Shown here: positions 46,359-56,745 of the stretch, piece by piece
How the letters are laid out: every line of letters starts with the position of its first letter
Numbering within the stretch: the stretch's first letter is position 1
The notes under the pieces: model-generated
What the model was told of the DNA's origin: nothing
The model's database searches: none
Seen by the model: the letters and a program-made list of their open reading frames with translations, nothing else
Translations under genes and position numbers: made by a program
Assembly (NCBI GenBank): GCA_965219445.1
Contig: CBDCNQ010000003.1
Coordinates: 160,001 to 224,000, forward strand
Length of the DNA stretch: 64,000 nucleotides
Reading direction: 5' to 3'
DNA from: Longimicrobiales bacterium
Lineage (GTDB): Bacteria > Gemmatimonadota > Gemmatimonadetes > Longimicrobiales > Gaopeijiaceae

Positions 46359-47634
46359 CCAGCCCGGCCAGCACGAGGCTGAGAATCAACCCCAAACCCT
46401 GCATGATGCGAAGCTTGGTCCGGGCGGCCCCCGAGACCTCCGACTCCGTTCGATGGATCCCTTTCGAGCTGATATCGAACATCCACGAAAGAACGAGAAT
46501 CACCGGAAAGCTCGCCAGCGTGAGGGCCACCAGGATTGGCATCTGGGTTTCGACGTCCCCGGGGATCGGCAGATATTCGATTATGTCGGCTGCATATGCC
46601 AGAAGAGGGATGGCGACCACCGCGTACAGAATCGCCACGTTGAACACACGCCGGCGCCGTAGCTCCCGAATGAAGCCCTCGAACGCAGAAACGTGTTGTA
46701 CCGGGTCCGAAAGCGTTTGGCCGATGTGGGAGTCCGAGTGAATCGGCGCTCCGGTGGCGTGGGCCTCCCCCGTGAATTGCTCCAGCGCCTTGCCGACCTC
46801 GGACGCCCGAGGCCGATGCCTGGGATTCTTGGAAAGGCACCGCTCCATCAGTTCCGCAAGATGGGGATCTACGTCGGGCCGGAGCCGGGCCAGTGGAATC
46901 GGCTCTTTCTTCAGGTGTGCCGTAACCAACTGGACGCTCGTCGTGCCTTCGTACGGAGTCTTCAGCGTAAGAAGCTCGTAGCCCATGATGCCCAGGCTGT
47001 ACACATCCGATTCATCCGTTACGGCCTCACCCAGCAACTGTTCTGGACTCATGTACCGTGGGTCGCCAAGCAACTCTCCTTGTTGCGTGAGACGGGTGAT
47101 CGTCTCGGTGCCCGTCTCCAGGATCGCGGCGATTCCGAAGTCCGTGAGGACCACCCGGTCTGAATCCTTCTCCCGCACGACGTTTTCCGGCTTTACATCC
47201 CGGTGGACGATTCCGCTCTCGTGGGCGGCCGCGAGCGCAGAGGCCACCTGGCTCAGAGTATGACAGGCCTGCTCGACGGTCATGACCCCCTCTGCTTGGA
47301 GCGCGTCCGCGAGGTTCCGCCCCTCGATGTACTCCATGATGATGAATGGTGTCCCGTCCTCGAGGGTGCCGACCCGATGCACGGCGGCGACGTTGTGATG
47401 GTGGATCTTCGCAGCGGATCGAGCCTCTCGTTCGAATCGCTTGCGAGCGGTTTCATCCTCGGCCAACTCCGCCTTCATGAACTTGATGGCGACAAGACGC
47501 TGGAGCGCCCGCTCCCGAGCCAGGTATACCTGTGCCACGGAGCTCTCGCCCAGCAAGCGGACGATCTGGAACTCTGGGTCTAACTCTGTCTGGAGCTGGA
47601 TCTGAAGATCCGGTGCAGCCATGGGGTCACCCAT
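46333..47634 (-). CDS. Ser/Thr protein kinase with three C-terminal TM segments
   Basis: VAIK, HRDVKPEN, DFG, YMSPEQ, SDVYSLG; degenerate Gly-loop LGESSVA. Confidence 0.9.
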   Translation of the reverse strand: MGDPMAAPDLQIQLQTELDPEFQIVRLLGESSVAQVYLARERALQRLVAIKFMKAELAEDETARKRFEREARSAAKIHHHNVAAVHRVGTLEDGTPFIIMEYIEGRNLADALQAEGVMTVEQACHTLSQVASALAAAHESGIVHRDVKPENVVREKDSDRVVLTDFGIAAILETGTETITRLTQQGELLGDPRYMSPEQLLGEAVTDESDVYSLGIMGYELLTLKTPYEGTTSVQLVTAHLKKEPIPLARLRPDVDPHLAELMERCLSKNPRHRPRASEVGKALEQFTGEAHATGAPIHSDSHIGQTLSDPVQHVSAFEGFIRELRRRRVFNVAILYAVVAIPLLAYAADIIEYLPIPGDVETQMPILVALTLASFPVILVLSWMFDISSKGIHRTESEVSGAARTKLRIMQGLGLILSLVLAGLVSWWLWPS

Positions 47635-47842
47635 CGAAGCTGGAGGCGACGCTGTTGTCGAGCCGAATCTGTGGCCCTAGACGGGGTCATGGCAAATCAC
47701 GAAAGATCCCACCCCAAGAATTTGGCCGAAATGCTGTTATCCCAACCGCTTCTTTCCAGCTTTTCCATGCCGCACCGGGGCGGGCCCGAGCAGCGATACG
47801 CTCCGATCCGATGACCGCGAACCCGTACGGGTGGATGGGGCC

Positions 47843-48775
47843 CTAGCGGGGGGCCATCCAATTCGTCCCGACGATGGTGATGGCCGCCCCCACCAGCCCG
47901 TAAAAGACACCCAGTAGCACGTCGATCAAGTAATGGTGGTTCAGGTAGACCGCAGCGAAGGCCACCAGGCCAGAGAACACGATCGTGAACACGCGGAACC
48001 TCTTGAGCTTCATCGCAAAGATGACGGACATGACGGGGTAGGAAATGTGGAGCGAGGGGATGGCACCGAACGGGTTGGACCCTGCACCGTACATCTCAGT
48101 GAAGAAGCTGGTCCCGAACAACGCGTCGAAGCGGAGCGTCCGAGCGGGATTCATGGGTACGTCGAGAAGGATGGTGTTGAGCCCGTAGGTGTCCACGTAC
48201 CAGGGAGGAGCAGCCGGGTAGAGAAACCACGTCGCAAACCCCAGAACGTTGACGACGAGAAAAGACCACGCGGGGGCGTACGCCGACCACGATCTTCGGG
48301 AAGGCGTCGACGCAGAGTCGAGGTGGAAGTGAATCCGACGCGTGAAATATGCCGCCAACAGGATGAAGACGCCGATGAACGTCAGATAGGCCCCCCCCGC
48401 GATGAAATCCAGGACAGGGTGGAGATGGAGACCGAACCACTCGTTTATCGTAAGGGTGCCATTCGGTGAAGGGATGCCGAACAACCGCTTTTCGAGCATA
48501 TAGGGCTCGGCGACGTGCGGAACGCCGCGCACGGCCCCGCCCCAATACCGTTGGCTGTCGTAGAGAACCCCCGTAAGGACAAACGGCAGAACGAAGTCCA
48601 GAGGCCGTACTCCCAGAGGCCGGAACGGATGACGGATCTGACTGAGAAGCAGCACCCCGCCACCATACAGCAGCTGGTTGGTCGTAATCTCACCGGCCAA
48701 TGTGGCGAGAAGGCCCCAATAGACTCCCACTGCCAGCACGGGGATGACCCAGGAGGTTCGTCTTCCGAGCTCCAA
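47843..48775 (-). CDS. PAP2-superfamily membrane protein (AUR1/IPC-synthase-like)
   Basis: YPAAPPWY, AIPSLH, HHYLIDV. Confidence 0.85.
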   Translation of the reverse strand: MELGRRTSWVIPVLAVGVYWGLLATLAGEITTNQLLYGGGVLLLSQIRHPFRPLGVRPLDFVLPFVLTGVLYDSQRYWGGAVRGVPHVAEPYMLEKRLFGIPSPNGTLTINEWFGLHLHPVLDFIAGGAYLTFIGVFILLAAYFTRRIHFHLDSASTPSRRSWSAYAPAWSFLVVNVLGFATWFLYPAAPPWYVDTYGLNTILLDVPMNPARTLRFDALFGTSFFTEMYGAGSNPFGAIPSLHISYPVMSVIFAMKLKRFRVFTIVFSGLVAFAAVYLNHHYLIDVLLGVFYGLVGAAITIVGTNWMAPR

Positions 48776-48965
48776 GTGATGCGAGTCCTATGGGCGAGAG
48801 TTTTAGAGGCCTGTTGAAGGGGGGAGCGGGCCTGAAACTGCCCTCTGAGGTGTCTGGCAACAAGAGACCGATGCCAACCAACCTTGCGGTTGACGGCACC
48901 TTCGCCATTGAGCACCGTTGCTCAACCTCTCGCACACGCACCCGTACAGTCGGGCGGCCTGATCC

Positions 48966-49502
48966 GTGGAAACACAGGTCACCACATATTATCTCGAGCT
49001 TCGCAGCGTAGACGAGCTCATGCCGTCTGGATCAGACGTGCCGGATCTCGAAATCCGGGAAGCCAGAATCGCTAGTCCGGAGCTGGGGCGATTCCTATAC
49101 ACTGTGGTGGGACGCGCTTGGGGCTGGACGGACCGACTGAGCTGGTCATACTCGAAGTGGCTGGCTCACCTCGAACGGCCGGAGGTCGAGGTGTGGATCG
49201 CCCATCTGGACGGAGTGATCGCGGGCTACGTCGAGCTCGAGCGGCAGCCTGAAGCATCCGTTGAGATCGTCTACTTCGGCTTGCTCCATCAATTCATGGG
49301 AAGGGGGATCGGCGGGTTTCTCTTATCTGATACGGTCGAGCGGGCGTTTCGCGCCGGGGCACAACGGGTTTGGCTACACACGTGCTCGCTCGACAGCCCC
49401 CGGGCGATCGAAAACTATCGGGCTCGAGGCTTCAAGCTCTTCAAGGAGGAAACCAGCTTCAAGAACGTCCCGCCCACACCGCCGGCCGGGGCTGGCTGGT
49501 AA
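48966..49502 (+). CDS. GNAT acetyltransferase
   Basis: YFGL..GRGIG..VWLHTCSLDSPRAIENYRARGF. Confidence 0.88.
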   Translation: METQVTTYYLELRSVDELMPSGSDVPDLEIREARIASPELGRFLYTVVGRAWGWTDRLSWSYSKWLAHLERPEVEVWIAHLDGVIAGYVELERQPEASVEIVYFGLLHQFMGRGIGGFLLSDTVERAFRAGAQRVWLHTCSLDSPRAIENYRARGFKLFKEETSFKNVPPTPPAGAGW

Positions 49503-49650
49503 GACCGGGGCGGCGCTCTTCAACCCTTTTCAGGAATCACTATCAAGAGGGCTCGCCTTCTCGCACGTCGTCGCTTATTATGTGTCGCTGGGCGGATAGG
49601 GCCGCCCGTCACGTCTTCCCCGGATCGATATTCCAAGGAGGTAGGGCTCC

Positions 49651-50286
49651 ATGAGCGACGTCGAGATCATCGGCACTCCGGAGCGTACGGTTTCCCGAAG
49701 AAAGTTCATCATGGGGGTCATCGCAGCGGGTGCCACGACCTCTTCGGTGGGCTATCTCTTCAAAGGACCACAGCCCCTACTCGGGGCTCTTGCGGTCCAG
49801 GGATCGGTCGAGCGACTCATCACGCTGAACGTCAACGGCCAACAGCGGCGCGTGGACGTGCTGAACCAAGAGACGCTCGCCTTCACGCTACGCTATAAGC
49901 TGGGGCTTACCGGCACGAAGCTCGGCTGCGACCGTGCCGAGTGTGGTGCGTGCACCGTACTCATCGACGGGGTGAACAGCTATTCCTGCTCGGTACTCAC
50001 GCACAGCGTTCGTACAAAGCAGATCACGACCATCGAGGGCCTCGAGGAGCCGGACGGCACGCTGCATCCGGTACAGCAGGCGGTCCTCGACGAGGGCGGC
50101 TTCCAGTGCGCCTTCTGTGCCCCGGGATTCATCATGAGCATGGTGGCGATGGTCGAAAGCAACCCGAACCCGACTCGTGAAGAAGCCGCTCATGCGCTTT
50201 CCGGCAACCTGTGCCGGTGCGCCGACTACGACAAGATCCTGACTTCCGCCATGCGTGCCGCCGAGTACTCGCGGCAGCAAGCATAA
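49651..50286 (+). CDS. Mo-hydroxylase 2x[2Fe-2S] subunit with Tat-like signal
   Basis: SRRKFI twin-arginine; GCDRAECGACT; QCAFCAPG; GNLCRC. Confidence 0.93.
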   Translation: MSDVEIIGTPERTVSRRKFIMGVIAAGATTSSVGYLFKGPQPLLGALAVQGSVERLITLNVNGQQRRVDVLNQETLAFTLRYKLGLTGTKLGCDRAECGACTVLIDGVNSYSCSVLTHSVRTKQITTIEGLEEPDGTLHPVQQAVLDEGGFQCAFCAPGFIMSMVAMVESNPNPTREEAAHALSGNLCRCADYDKILTSAMRAAEYSRQQA

Positions 50287-50295
50287 GGGGCGATC

Positions 50296-52719
50296 ATGGC
50301 ACTGATTGGGCAAGATATCTCCCCCGACGATCTCCGCGCGAAGATCACAGGACGAGCGAGATACGCGGAGGACTTCAGGGCCGACGGCATGGTGTTCGCG
50401 AAGTTGCTGTCGAGTCCAATGCCGCATTGCCGTGTCACGCGCATCGACGCAAGCGCGGCCCTCGCCATGGACGGTGTGGTGGGCATTCTCACGGCCGATG
50501 AGGTGCCTCAGTCCGAAATGGGCGAGCAGTGCCTCACTAACGAGCCCCTCTACGAGGGTGAGGCCGTTCTCGCCATAGCGGCCGTCGACGAGACCACGGC
50601 CGCGGATGCGATCGAGCGGGTGAGTGTCGACTTCGAGCCGTTGCCCTTCGTGCTCAATCCATTGGACAGCATGCGGCCCGGCAGCCCCAACGCGCGACTC
50701 GAAGGAAACGTGACGGTTGGGCGAGAAATTACGACGCTCAAGTGGACGGAAGAAGACTTCGCCGCCGCCCCGGAGGGCAGCATGCCGATGCCCGACAACG
50801 TGGTGGGTGCAGACGGCGAGATCACTGAGCGGAAGTCGACCACAGAGTGGATGGTCGGGGACATCGATGCGGGCTTCGCCGAAGCGGACCTGATTCTCGA
50901 CGAGACCATCGTCCACCAGTCAGTCACGCATCACCCGATGGAGCCACGCTCCGCGATGGCGTACTGGCAGAATGGTCGACTCTTCCTCCACACATCCACA
51001 CAGAGCCTGGTACGAACCCGGCAAGCGATCGCCGGTCAGCTCGACCTGGACATCGAAGATGTGGTCATGATCGGTGAGTACTGCGGTGGGGGATTCGGGA
51101 GCAAGATCACCGGCAGCATCATCCAGCAGGTGCCGGCGCTGCTCTCCCGTAAGCTCAACCGTCCGGTCCTGCTCCGGATCACACGCGCCGAGGAGAACTC
51201 CCTCGGACGCGCTCGGCCCGGCATGCAGGCGCGGTTCCGCATCGGCTTCCGGTCCGACGGCCGGATCACCGCACTCGACATGTACGCACTGGGAGACGGT
51301 GGTCCGTTCCGTGGCGGCGACCAGAACTCGGCGGCCAGCACCGCTTCGCTCACGTATACGCCGCTCAACATGCGATACCGCGGCGTGGGGGTCTTCACGA
51401 ACACACCGCCCAAAGCAGCCCAGCGAGGCCCGGGCGGGGCCCAGATCATCGGGATGCTCGAGCCGATTATGGACAAGGCAGCCAGAGAGCTCGGTGTCGA
51501 TCGTCTCGCGCTTCGCCGACTCAACGCCCCGGATCCCGACGTGGAATTCGGACCTAATCGGACCACGCTCAGCAGCGTGTTCGTCAAAGAAGCGATCGAT
51601 CGGGGACGCGAGCTGTTCGGATGGGAGGAGAGAATCGCCCGCAGCGGACAGCTGAACGGCACGAAGAGGACAGGGATCGGCGTCGGGGTGAGCCCGTATA
51701 CGGCGGGAAGCAGCGGGTTCGACGGCCTCTTGGTGATCCGGCCCGACGGCATTGTCCAGATTCACCAGGGCCTCGGAAACCTGGGTACGAACTCGAATTT
51801 CGACACCGCTCGCGCTGCCGCGGACGTTCTGGGCGTCGAGTGGAGTCAAGTCGAGGTCGTCTGGGGCGACACGAGCCGCCACTTGCCCTGGAGTTCCGTC
51901 CAGGCGGGTAGCCAATCGGTCCACGCCCACACGAGGGCGAACCACGCGGTCGGGTTGGACGCCAAGCAGAAGCTGCAGGAGATCGCCGCGAGGGATCTCG
52001 GCGGACGGCCCGAGGACTATGAGACGTCCGGTGGACGTGTCTATCGTAACTCCAATCCGTCGCAGGGAATGACTTTCGCTCGGGCTGCGACCCGGGCGAT
52101 CGAGCTTGGCGGACGCTACAGCGGTGAGGAGCTAAACGAGGATCTCAATGCCATGACCGTCGCGTCCGCTACCGCGTTGGCCGGCCAAGGCCTGGTGGCT
52201 GCGGCGCAGGACCAGTTTGGCGGAGAGGGTAGACAACAATCGTGGGTGGTCGGCTTCGCCGAGGTAGAGTTGGACGTCGAGATCGGCAAGGTCGATGTCG
52301 TCCATTTCACGGCAGTCACGGACTGTGGTGTGGTGGTCCATCCGAGGGGTCTCGCGGGCCAGATTTTCGGCGGCGCCTTTCAGGGAATGGGGATGGCGAT
52401 GAGCCAGAAATGGGTCTTCGACCCAGTGTGGGGTGTGTCGTTCGCAAAACGCCTCTACACTGCTCGACCACCGGGGATGCTCGATGTCCCCACGGACGTG
52501 CAGTGGGCGGCCGTGGAACTCCCCGATCCATGGACCCCGGTCGGGGCGAAAGGGATCGGAGAACCTTGTGTGGGGGCCGGTTCAGCGGCTCTTACGTCGG
52601 CGATCGCCGATGCCCTGGAAGGGGTATGCCTATGCCGGACGCCACTTACACCGGACGTCCTACTTGCAGAAATTGAGGGCCGCGAACCTGCGTACGGCCC
52701 CCTCGACCTTCACGTCTAA
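50296..52719 (+). CDS. Xanthine dehydrogenase-family molybdopterin-binding subunit
   Basis: KITGRARY, HHPMEPR, GGGFGSK, QRGPG, GAKGIGEP. Confidence 0.93.
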   Translation: MALIGQDISPDDLRAKITGRARYAEDFRADGMVFAKLLSSPMPHCRVTRIDASAALAMDGVVGILTADEVPQSEMGEQCLTNEPLYEGEAVLAIAAVDETTAADAIERVSVDFEPLPFVLNPLDSMRPGSPNARLEGNVTVGREITTLKWTEEDFAAAPEGSMPMPDNVVGADGEITERKSTTEWMVGDIDAGFAEADLILDETIVHQSVTHHPMEPRSAMAYWQNGRLFLHTSTQSLVRTRQAIAGQLDLDIEDVVMIGEYCGGGFGSKITGSIIQQVPALLSRKLNRPVLLRITRAEENSLGRARPGMQARFRIGFRSDGRITALDMYALGDGGPFRGGDQNSAASTASLTYTPLNMRYRGVGVFTNTPPKAAQRGPGGAQIIGMLEPIMDKAARELGVDRLALRRLNAPDPDVEFGPNRTTLSSVFVKEAIDRGRELFGWEERIARSGQLNGTKRTGIGVGVSPYTAGSSGFDGLLVIRPDGIVQIHQGLGNLGTNSNFDTARAAADVLGVEWSQVEVVWGDTSRHLPWSSVQAGSQSVHAHTRANHAVGLDAKQKLQEIAARDLGGRPEDYETSGGRVYRNSNPSQGMTFARAATRAIELGGRYSGEELNEDLNAMTVASATALAGQGLVAAAQDQFGGEGRQQSWVVGFAEVELDVEIGKVDVVHFTAVTDCGVVVHPRGLAGQIFGGAFQGMGMAMSQKWVFDPVWGVSFAKRLYTARPPGMLDVPTDVQWAAVELPDPWTPVGAKGIGEPCVGAGSAALTSAIADALEGVCLCRTPLTPDVLLAEIEGREPAYGPLDLHV

Positions 52720-52734
52720 AGGGAGATAGCGAAG

Positions 52735-53736
52735 ATGGCGGTCATCAGAGATATGATCCCGGCGTTCGAGCTCTTCCAGCCGACGAGCGCCGACGATGCG
52801 ATCGAACTGTTGATTCGATACGGTGAGGATGGTTGGGTGCTGGGCGGCGGGCTGGACAGCTTCGATTGGTGGAAGGAGCGGATCAAGCGGCCTACGGCCG
52901 TGGTCGATCTCGCCAACGTCGATGAGCTCAGGGGCGTGCGTAGCACGGCCGATGGAGTGGAAATCGGTGCCATGACTACGCTCACGGAAGTGGCCACGCA
53001 CCCCGAGTTGCTGACGAACTACAGTGTTCTCACGGACGCTGCCTCCCAGATCGCGACGCCCCAGATTCGGAACCGGGGTACGCTCGCGGGCAACCTGGTC
53101 CAGGACACGCGTTGCTGGTACTACCGCGGTGGATGGCCCTGCTACCGGGCCGGCGGTAACACGTGCTATGCCTCGGCGCCCACGGCGATGAATCGAGAGC
53201 ATTGCATCATCGGCGCGAGCCGTTGTGTGGCAGTCAGCCCCTCCGATTCGGCGCCGGCGCTCATCGCGCTCGACGCGCAGTTCGTGATCCAGGGAACGAG
53301 GGGTGAGCGCGTCGTCGATGCCGAGGACTTCTTCATGCCGCCCAGCGTAGATATCGAGCGCATGACCATTCTGAAGCCCGGTGAGCTACTGACGGCGATC
53401 CGTCTCCCATCCACGTGGGCGGGGGCCACGTTCTATTACGAGAAGGTCGAGGACCGGAAGTCGTGGGACTTCGCCCTCATGACGGTGGCATCGGCGATGC
53501 GCATCAGCCGTGGCGTTATCGAAGAGGTGCGTCTCGCGGTCAACGGCGCCGCTCCCTACCCGCTTCGCCTTGAAGACTCCGAAAGGGTCGTCCGTGGCCA
53601 GACTCGTTCCGACCAATTGGGAATGCAGGCCGGCGAGATCGCAGTTCGTGGAGCGCAGCCGCTGCGGCACAACGACTATAAGATCCCCCTGATGCGGAAC
53701 TTGGTCCGTCGGGCCGTCCGCGGTACGGGGGTTTAG
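52735..53736 (+). CDS. XDH-family FAD-binding subunit with Cys-rich insert (PaoB/HcrB-like)
   Basis: LGGGLD, PQIRNRGTLAGN, RCWYYR..PCY..TCY..RCVAVSPSD, HNDYKI. Confidence 0.92.
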   Translation: MAVIRDMIPAFELFQPTSADDAIELLIRYGEDGWVLGGGLDSFDWWKERIKRPTAVVDLANVDELRGVRSTADGVEIGAMTTLTEVATHPELLTNYSVLTDAASQIATPQIRNRGTLAGNLVQDTRCWYYRGGWPCYRAGGNTCYASAPTAMNREHCIIGASRCVAVSPSDSAPALIALDAQFVIQGTRGERVVDAEDFFMPPSVDIERMTILKPGELLTAIRLPSTWAGATFYYEKVEDRKSWDFALMTVASAMRISRGVIEEVRLAVNGAAPYPLRLEDSERVVRGQTRSDQLGMQAGEIAVRGAQPLRHNDYKIPLMRNLVRRAVRGTGV

Positions 53737-53737
53737 C

Positions 53738-54745
53738 GTGGAACTCTGGAGGCGCGCGGCCAACCCGTGGGGCCAGGAGGTTCTCATTGGAGTCTCCTGG
53801 GACCTCATGTGGGCTGCGGTAATCGTGGGCTTGGGTTTCATCACGGCCCATGCCGTGTGGGCGAAGTGGATTGCGCCCGCTGAGTCGACGGGTACGGGTG
53901 GAGGGTCCAGCACGGCTGGCCTCCCTGCGCAAATTCTTCGGCATGCCATGTCGGAACGCGTGTTCCACTGGGCCATGTCGGTGGCGATGCTCGTGCTCTT
54001 GGTCACCGCGTTCGCCCCGGTCATGGGGATCCAGTTCGCGTGGGTCACGATCCATTGGGTCGCCGGTGTGATCCTCACGGTGATGATCATCTACCACATC
54101 GTCCATGCCGTCTTCTGGCAAGATTTCTGGGCGATGTGGGTGTCCAAAGCCGACATTGAGGCCGGGGTCACCGAGTTGAAACATATCGTCGGTCGGAACG
54201 GGACCGAGGTGCCCAAGGCCCCGAAGTATCCGATCGATCATAAGCTCTTCCACCACGGTGCCGCTGTGTCAGGTCTGGCGGCCATCGTCACCGGCGTCTT
54301 GATGATGCTCCGCCTCGAGACTCCGTTCTGGACCGCGAACCCGTATATGTTCGCAGACAGTTCCTGGGGCGTGATATACGTGGTTCACGGGGTCGGGGGT
54401 GTGGTGCTCATCGGTATGGTCATATCGCACATTTACTTCGCGATACGACCGGACAAGTGGTGGATCACGAAGTCGATGATCTTTGGGTTCATCGGGCCAG
54501 ACAAATACGTGGAGAACTTCGATCCGAGCCGTTGGCCTGTCGCCGGAGCTGAGCCTCAGGAAGAGCTCGTACCAGCCGGCGTGGGCGCTTCGGTCGGTGG
54601 GGACGATGCTGCTGCTGGCGATGTTACGCTGGGTGGTGGTGACGTTGCGATCGGTGGGGGTGATGCTAGCGGTGGTGGTGTCGCTGGGGAGTCCCCCGGT
54701 GACTCGAGCGAGGAGCGGACGTCAGAGTTCGGAGGACAGGGCTGA
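53738..54745 (+). CDS. Di-heme cytochrome b (FdnI-like) membrane subunit
   Basis: RHAMSERVFHW, IHWVAG, KY..KLFH, VHGVGG..HIYFA, SMIFG; acidic Gly-rich tail. Confidence 0.85.
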   Translation: MELWRRAANPWGQEVLIGVSWDLMWAAVIVGLGFITAHAVWAKWIAPAESTGTGGGSSTAGLPAQILRHAMSERVFHWAMSVAMLVLLVTAFAPVMGIQFAWVTIHWVAGVILTVMIIYHIVHAVFWQDFWAMWVSKADIEAGVTELKHIVGRNGTEVPKAPKYPIDHKLFHHGAAVSGLAAIVTGVLMMLRLETPFWTANPYMFADSSWGVIYVVHGVGGVVLIGMVISHIYFAIRPDKWWITKSMIFGFIGPDKYVENFDPSRWPVAGAEPQEELVPAGVGASVGGDDAAAGDVTLGGGDVAIGGGDASGGGVAGESPGDSSEERTSEFGGQG

Positions 54746-54746
54746 G

Positions 54747-55145
54747 GTGACGTCCGACGAGTTGAAGGAACATATCGACACGATCGAGGAGACGTACGAG
54801 TTCTTCCTCGCATATGCGGCTCAGGGAGTGTCTGGATCCGGTACCGAGATCAGTGGTGAGTTGACCCGATATCTGGGCCGGGCCGACCAGGCACTCGCCG
54901 CCTTCGAAGGTGGGATCGGCGAGGCGGCTGAGGGCACCGACGTGGACGCCGTGGCTGCAATGGATCAGGTTCTCCAGCGAGATGCCGGTGACACGCGGGC
55001 CGCCCTCAGACTCGTCATGGCGCAGCCGTCGATCAGTTCGCAGTTGATCGACAACTTGAATGCGTCGATCCACTTCCGGGCGCTTCTGACGGATCTGTTC
55101 CTGGTCGACGAGGCGTTGAAGGCCTCGCTCTCCAGCTCCGGGTGA
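54747..55145 (+). CDS. Conserved helical hypothetical protein in the oxidoreductase operon
   Basis: IEETYEFFLAYAAQG..SSQLIDNLNASIHFRALLTDLFLVDE; begins 1 bp after the cytochrome b stop. Confidence 0.75.
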   Translation: MTSDELKEHIDTIEETYEFFLAYAAQGVSGSGTEISGELTRYLGRADQALAAFEGGIGEAAEGTDVDAVAAMDQVLQRDAGDTRAALRLVMAQPSISSQLIDNLNASIHFRALLTDLFLVDEALKASLSSSG

Positions 55146-55174
55146 TTCGACTTTCTGCAAGATCCCTGTAGTCG

Positions 55175-55360
55175 CTAACGCTTCTTCCCGAGCTTCTTGA
55201 TCACCTTCTTGAAGTCGGGACCCGGCACCGACCCTACAGGCTGGGACGGCCGCGGTGGCGGGGGTGTCGTAGGCGGCTTTGGCGTGCAGGGCCACTCCGG
55301 AAGCTTGAGCGATGGTTTCTTGTCTCGCGGTGCGCGTCCTCGGCTTTTCTTGGCCATCAA
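55175..55360 (-). CDS. Small basic/proline-rich hypothetical protein
   Basis: GGAG upstream; short ORF with no recognised motif. Confidence 0.3.
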   Translation of the reverse strand: MMAKKSRGRAPRDKKPSLKLPEWPCTPKPPTTPPPPRPSQPVGSVPGPDFKKVIKKLGKKR

Positions 55361-55675
55361 GGCTCTCCTCTTGGGATGGCATCACATATCCGCATAAGTT
55401 TCTTTAAGTACTACGTTCTTTCGGCCGCCTGAGTGTCATCGGGGTGGCACGCGCCCATCTTCCGAAGGTCTCCGTTGGGCGTCCATCCAATCCATCCAAA
55501 ATCCGCAGGCCCTCCTGCACACCGAGATCTGGGCTTGCGTCGGTAACATCGGGTGAACATGGCCTCTTTCGCGTTTGGCTGCCAACCCATATCATATACC
55601 GAATAAAACCCGAAAATACACCTTGAGTGAGGAAGAGGGGTGCCGGACGGTGGAAACGAAGAGGCACGAGGCCGA

Positions 55676-56734
55676 ATGACACGACTTCCGACGCTGCGCG
55701 GGCGCGGAGTGACGCCCAACCCATCCAATCGCTTCGAGCGCGTCACGCTCGAGCTCGACCCATTGGCCTTGGTGGAGGACCCTGCCCCGCGAACCCAGTT
55801 CTTCAAAGATTCCTCGAGATCGATCGTGGCTCGCAACGCGAGTCCCGACGTCGGATTCGACGTGAGCATCAACCCGTACAGGGGCTGCGAGCACGGCTGC
55901 GCTTACTGCTACGCCCGTCCCACCCACGAATATCTCGGTCTGTCCGCCGGTCTCGATTTCGAGTCGAAGATCTTCATCAAGCAAGACGCGCCGGAACTCC
56001 TGCGAAACGAACTTTCCTCCCCTCGTTGGCAGCCCAAGCTATTGGCTCTCTCTGGGGTCACGGACCCTTACCAGCCCGTCGAGCGCACGGCCGGAGTCAC
56101 GCGGGGCTGTCTGGAAGTGCTTGCGGAGTTCAGGAATCCGGTGATGGTGATCACGAAGAATTTTCTCGTAACGCGAGATCTCGACCTCCTCTCTGAACTC
56201 GCTTCCCACGAGGCGGTGAAGGTTGCGATCTCAGTGACCACGTTGGTCCCCGCCCTCCAGAGGGCGATGGAGCCACGCACATCGAGTCCAGAGCGCAGGC
56301 TAGAGGCGATCGAGCGGTTGAGCCGAGCCGGGGTGCCGGTCGTGGTCTTCGTAGCACCTCTCATCCCCGGACTCAACGACCACGAGATTCCGTCGATCCT
56401 CGAGGCCGCCGTCGAAAGAGGAGCCAGAGAAGCGAGCTGCGTTCCGCTGCGGCTCCCCTACGGCGTGAAGGATCTGTTCCTGGATTGGCTCGATCGGCAC
56501 GTTCCTGACCGTAAGGCAAAGATCGTGAACCGGATCTTGGCGATGCGAGGTGGCCGGCTGAACGATCCGAGACTCGGGTCACGCATGAAGGGCCAGGGAA
56601 CCATGGCCAAGCAGGTCATGCAGCTCTTCCACGTGGCGCGGAGGCAGGTGGGTCTGGACGGCCCACCTGCGTCGCTGTCCACCGCGGCGTTCCGACGGCC
56701 CGGGGAGGTGATCCAGATGACCTTGGGGATTTGA
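55676..56734 (+). CDS. Radical SAM protein, PA0069/Rv2578c (SplB-like) family
   Basis: SINPYRGCEHGCAYCYARPTHEYL, TDPYQP, MEPR. Confidence 0.92.
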   Translation: MTRLPTLRGRGVTPNPSNRFERVTLELDPLALVEDPAPRTQFFKDSSRSIVARNASPDVGFDVSINPYRGCEHGCAYCYARPTHEYLGLSAGLDFESKIFIKQDAPELLRNELSSPRWQPKLLALSGVTDPYQPVERTAGVTRGCLEVLAEFRNPVMVITKNFLVTRDLDLLSELASHEAVKVAISVTTLVPALQRAMEPRTSSPERRLEAIERLSRAGVPVVVFVAPLIPGLNDHEIPSILEAAVERGAREASCVPLRLPYGVKDLFLDWLDRHVPDRKAKIVNRILAMRGGRLNDPRLGSRMKGQGTMAKQVMQLFHVARRQVGLDGPPASLSTAAFRRPGEVIQMTLGI

Positions 56735-56745
56735 CGCCACCCTCC

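Noticed and set aside
48871..48920. Antitoxin-like start MPTNLAVD
   Set aside because: Only eight residues of resemblance and no toxin partner; too weak to call.
54590..54690. GGT-rich repeats in the cytochrome b tail
   Set aside because: Ordinary low-complexity Gly/Asp coding tail.
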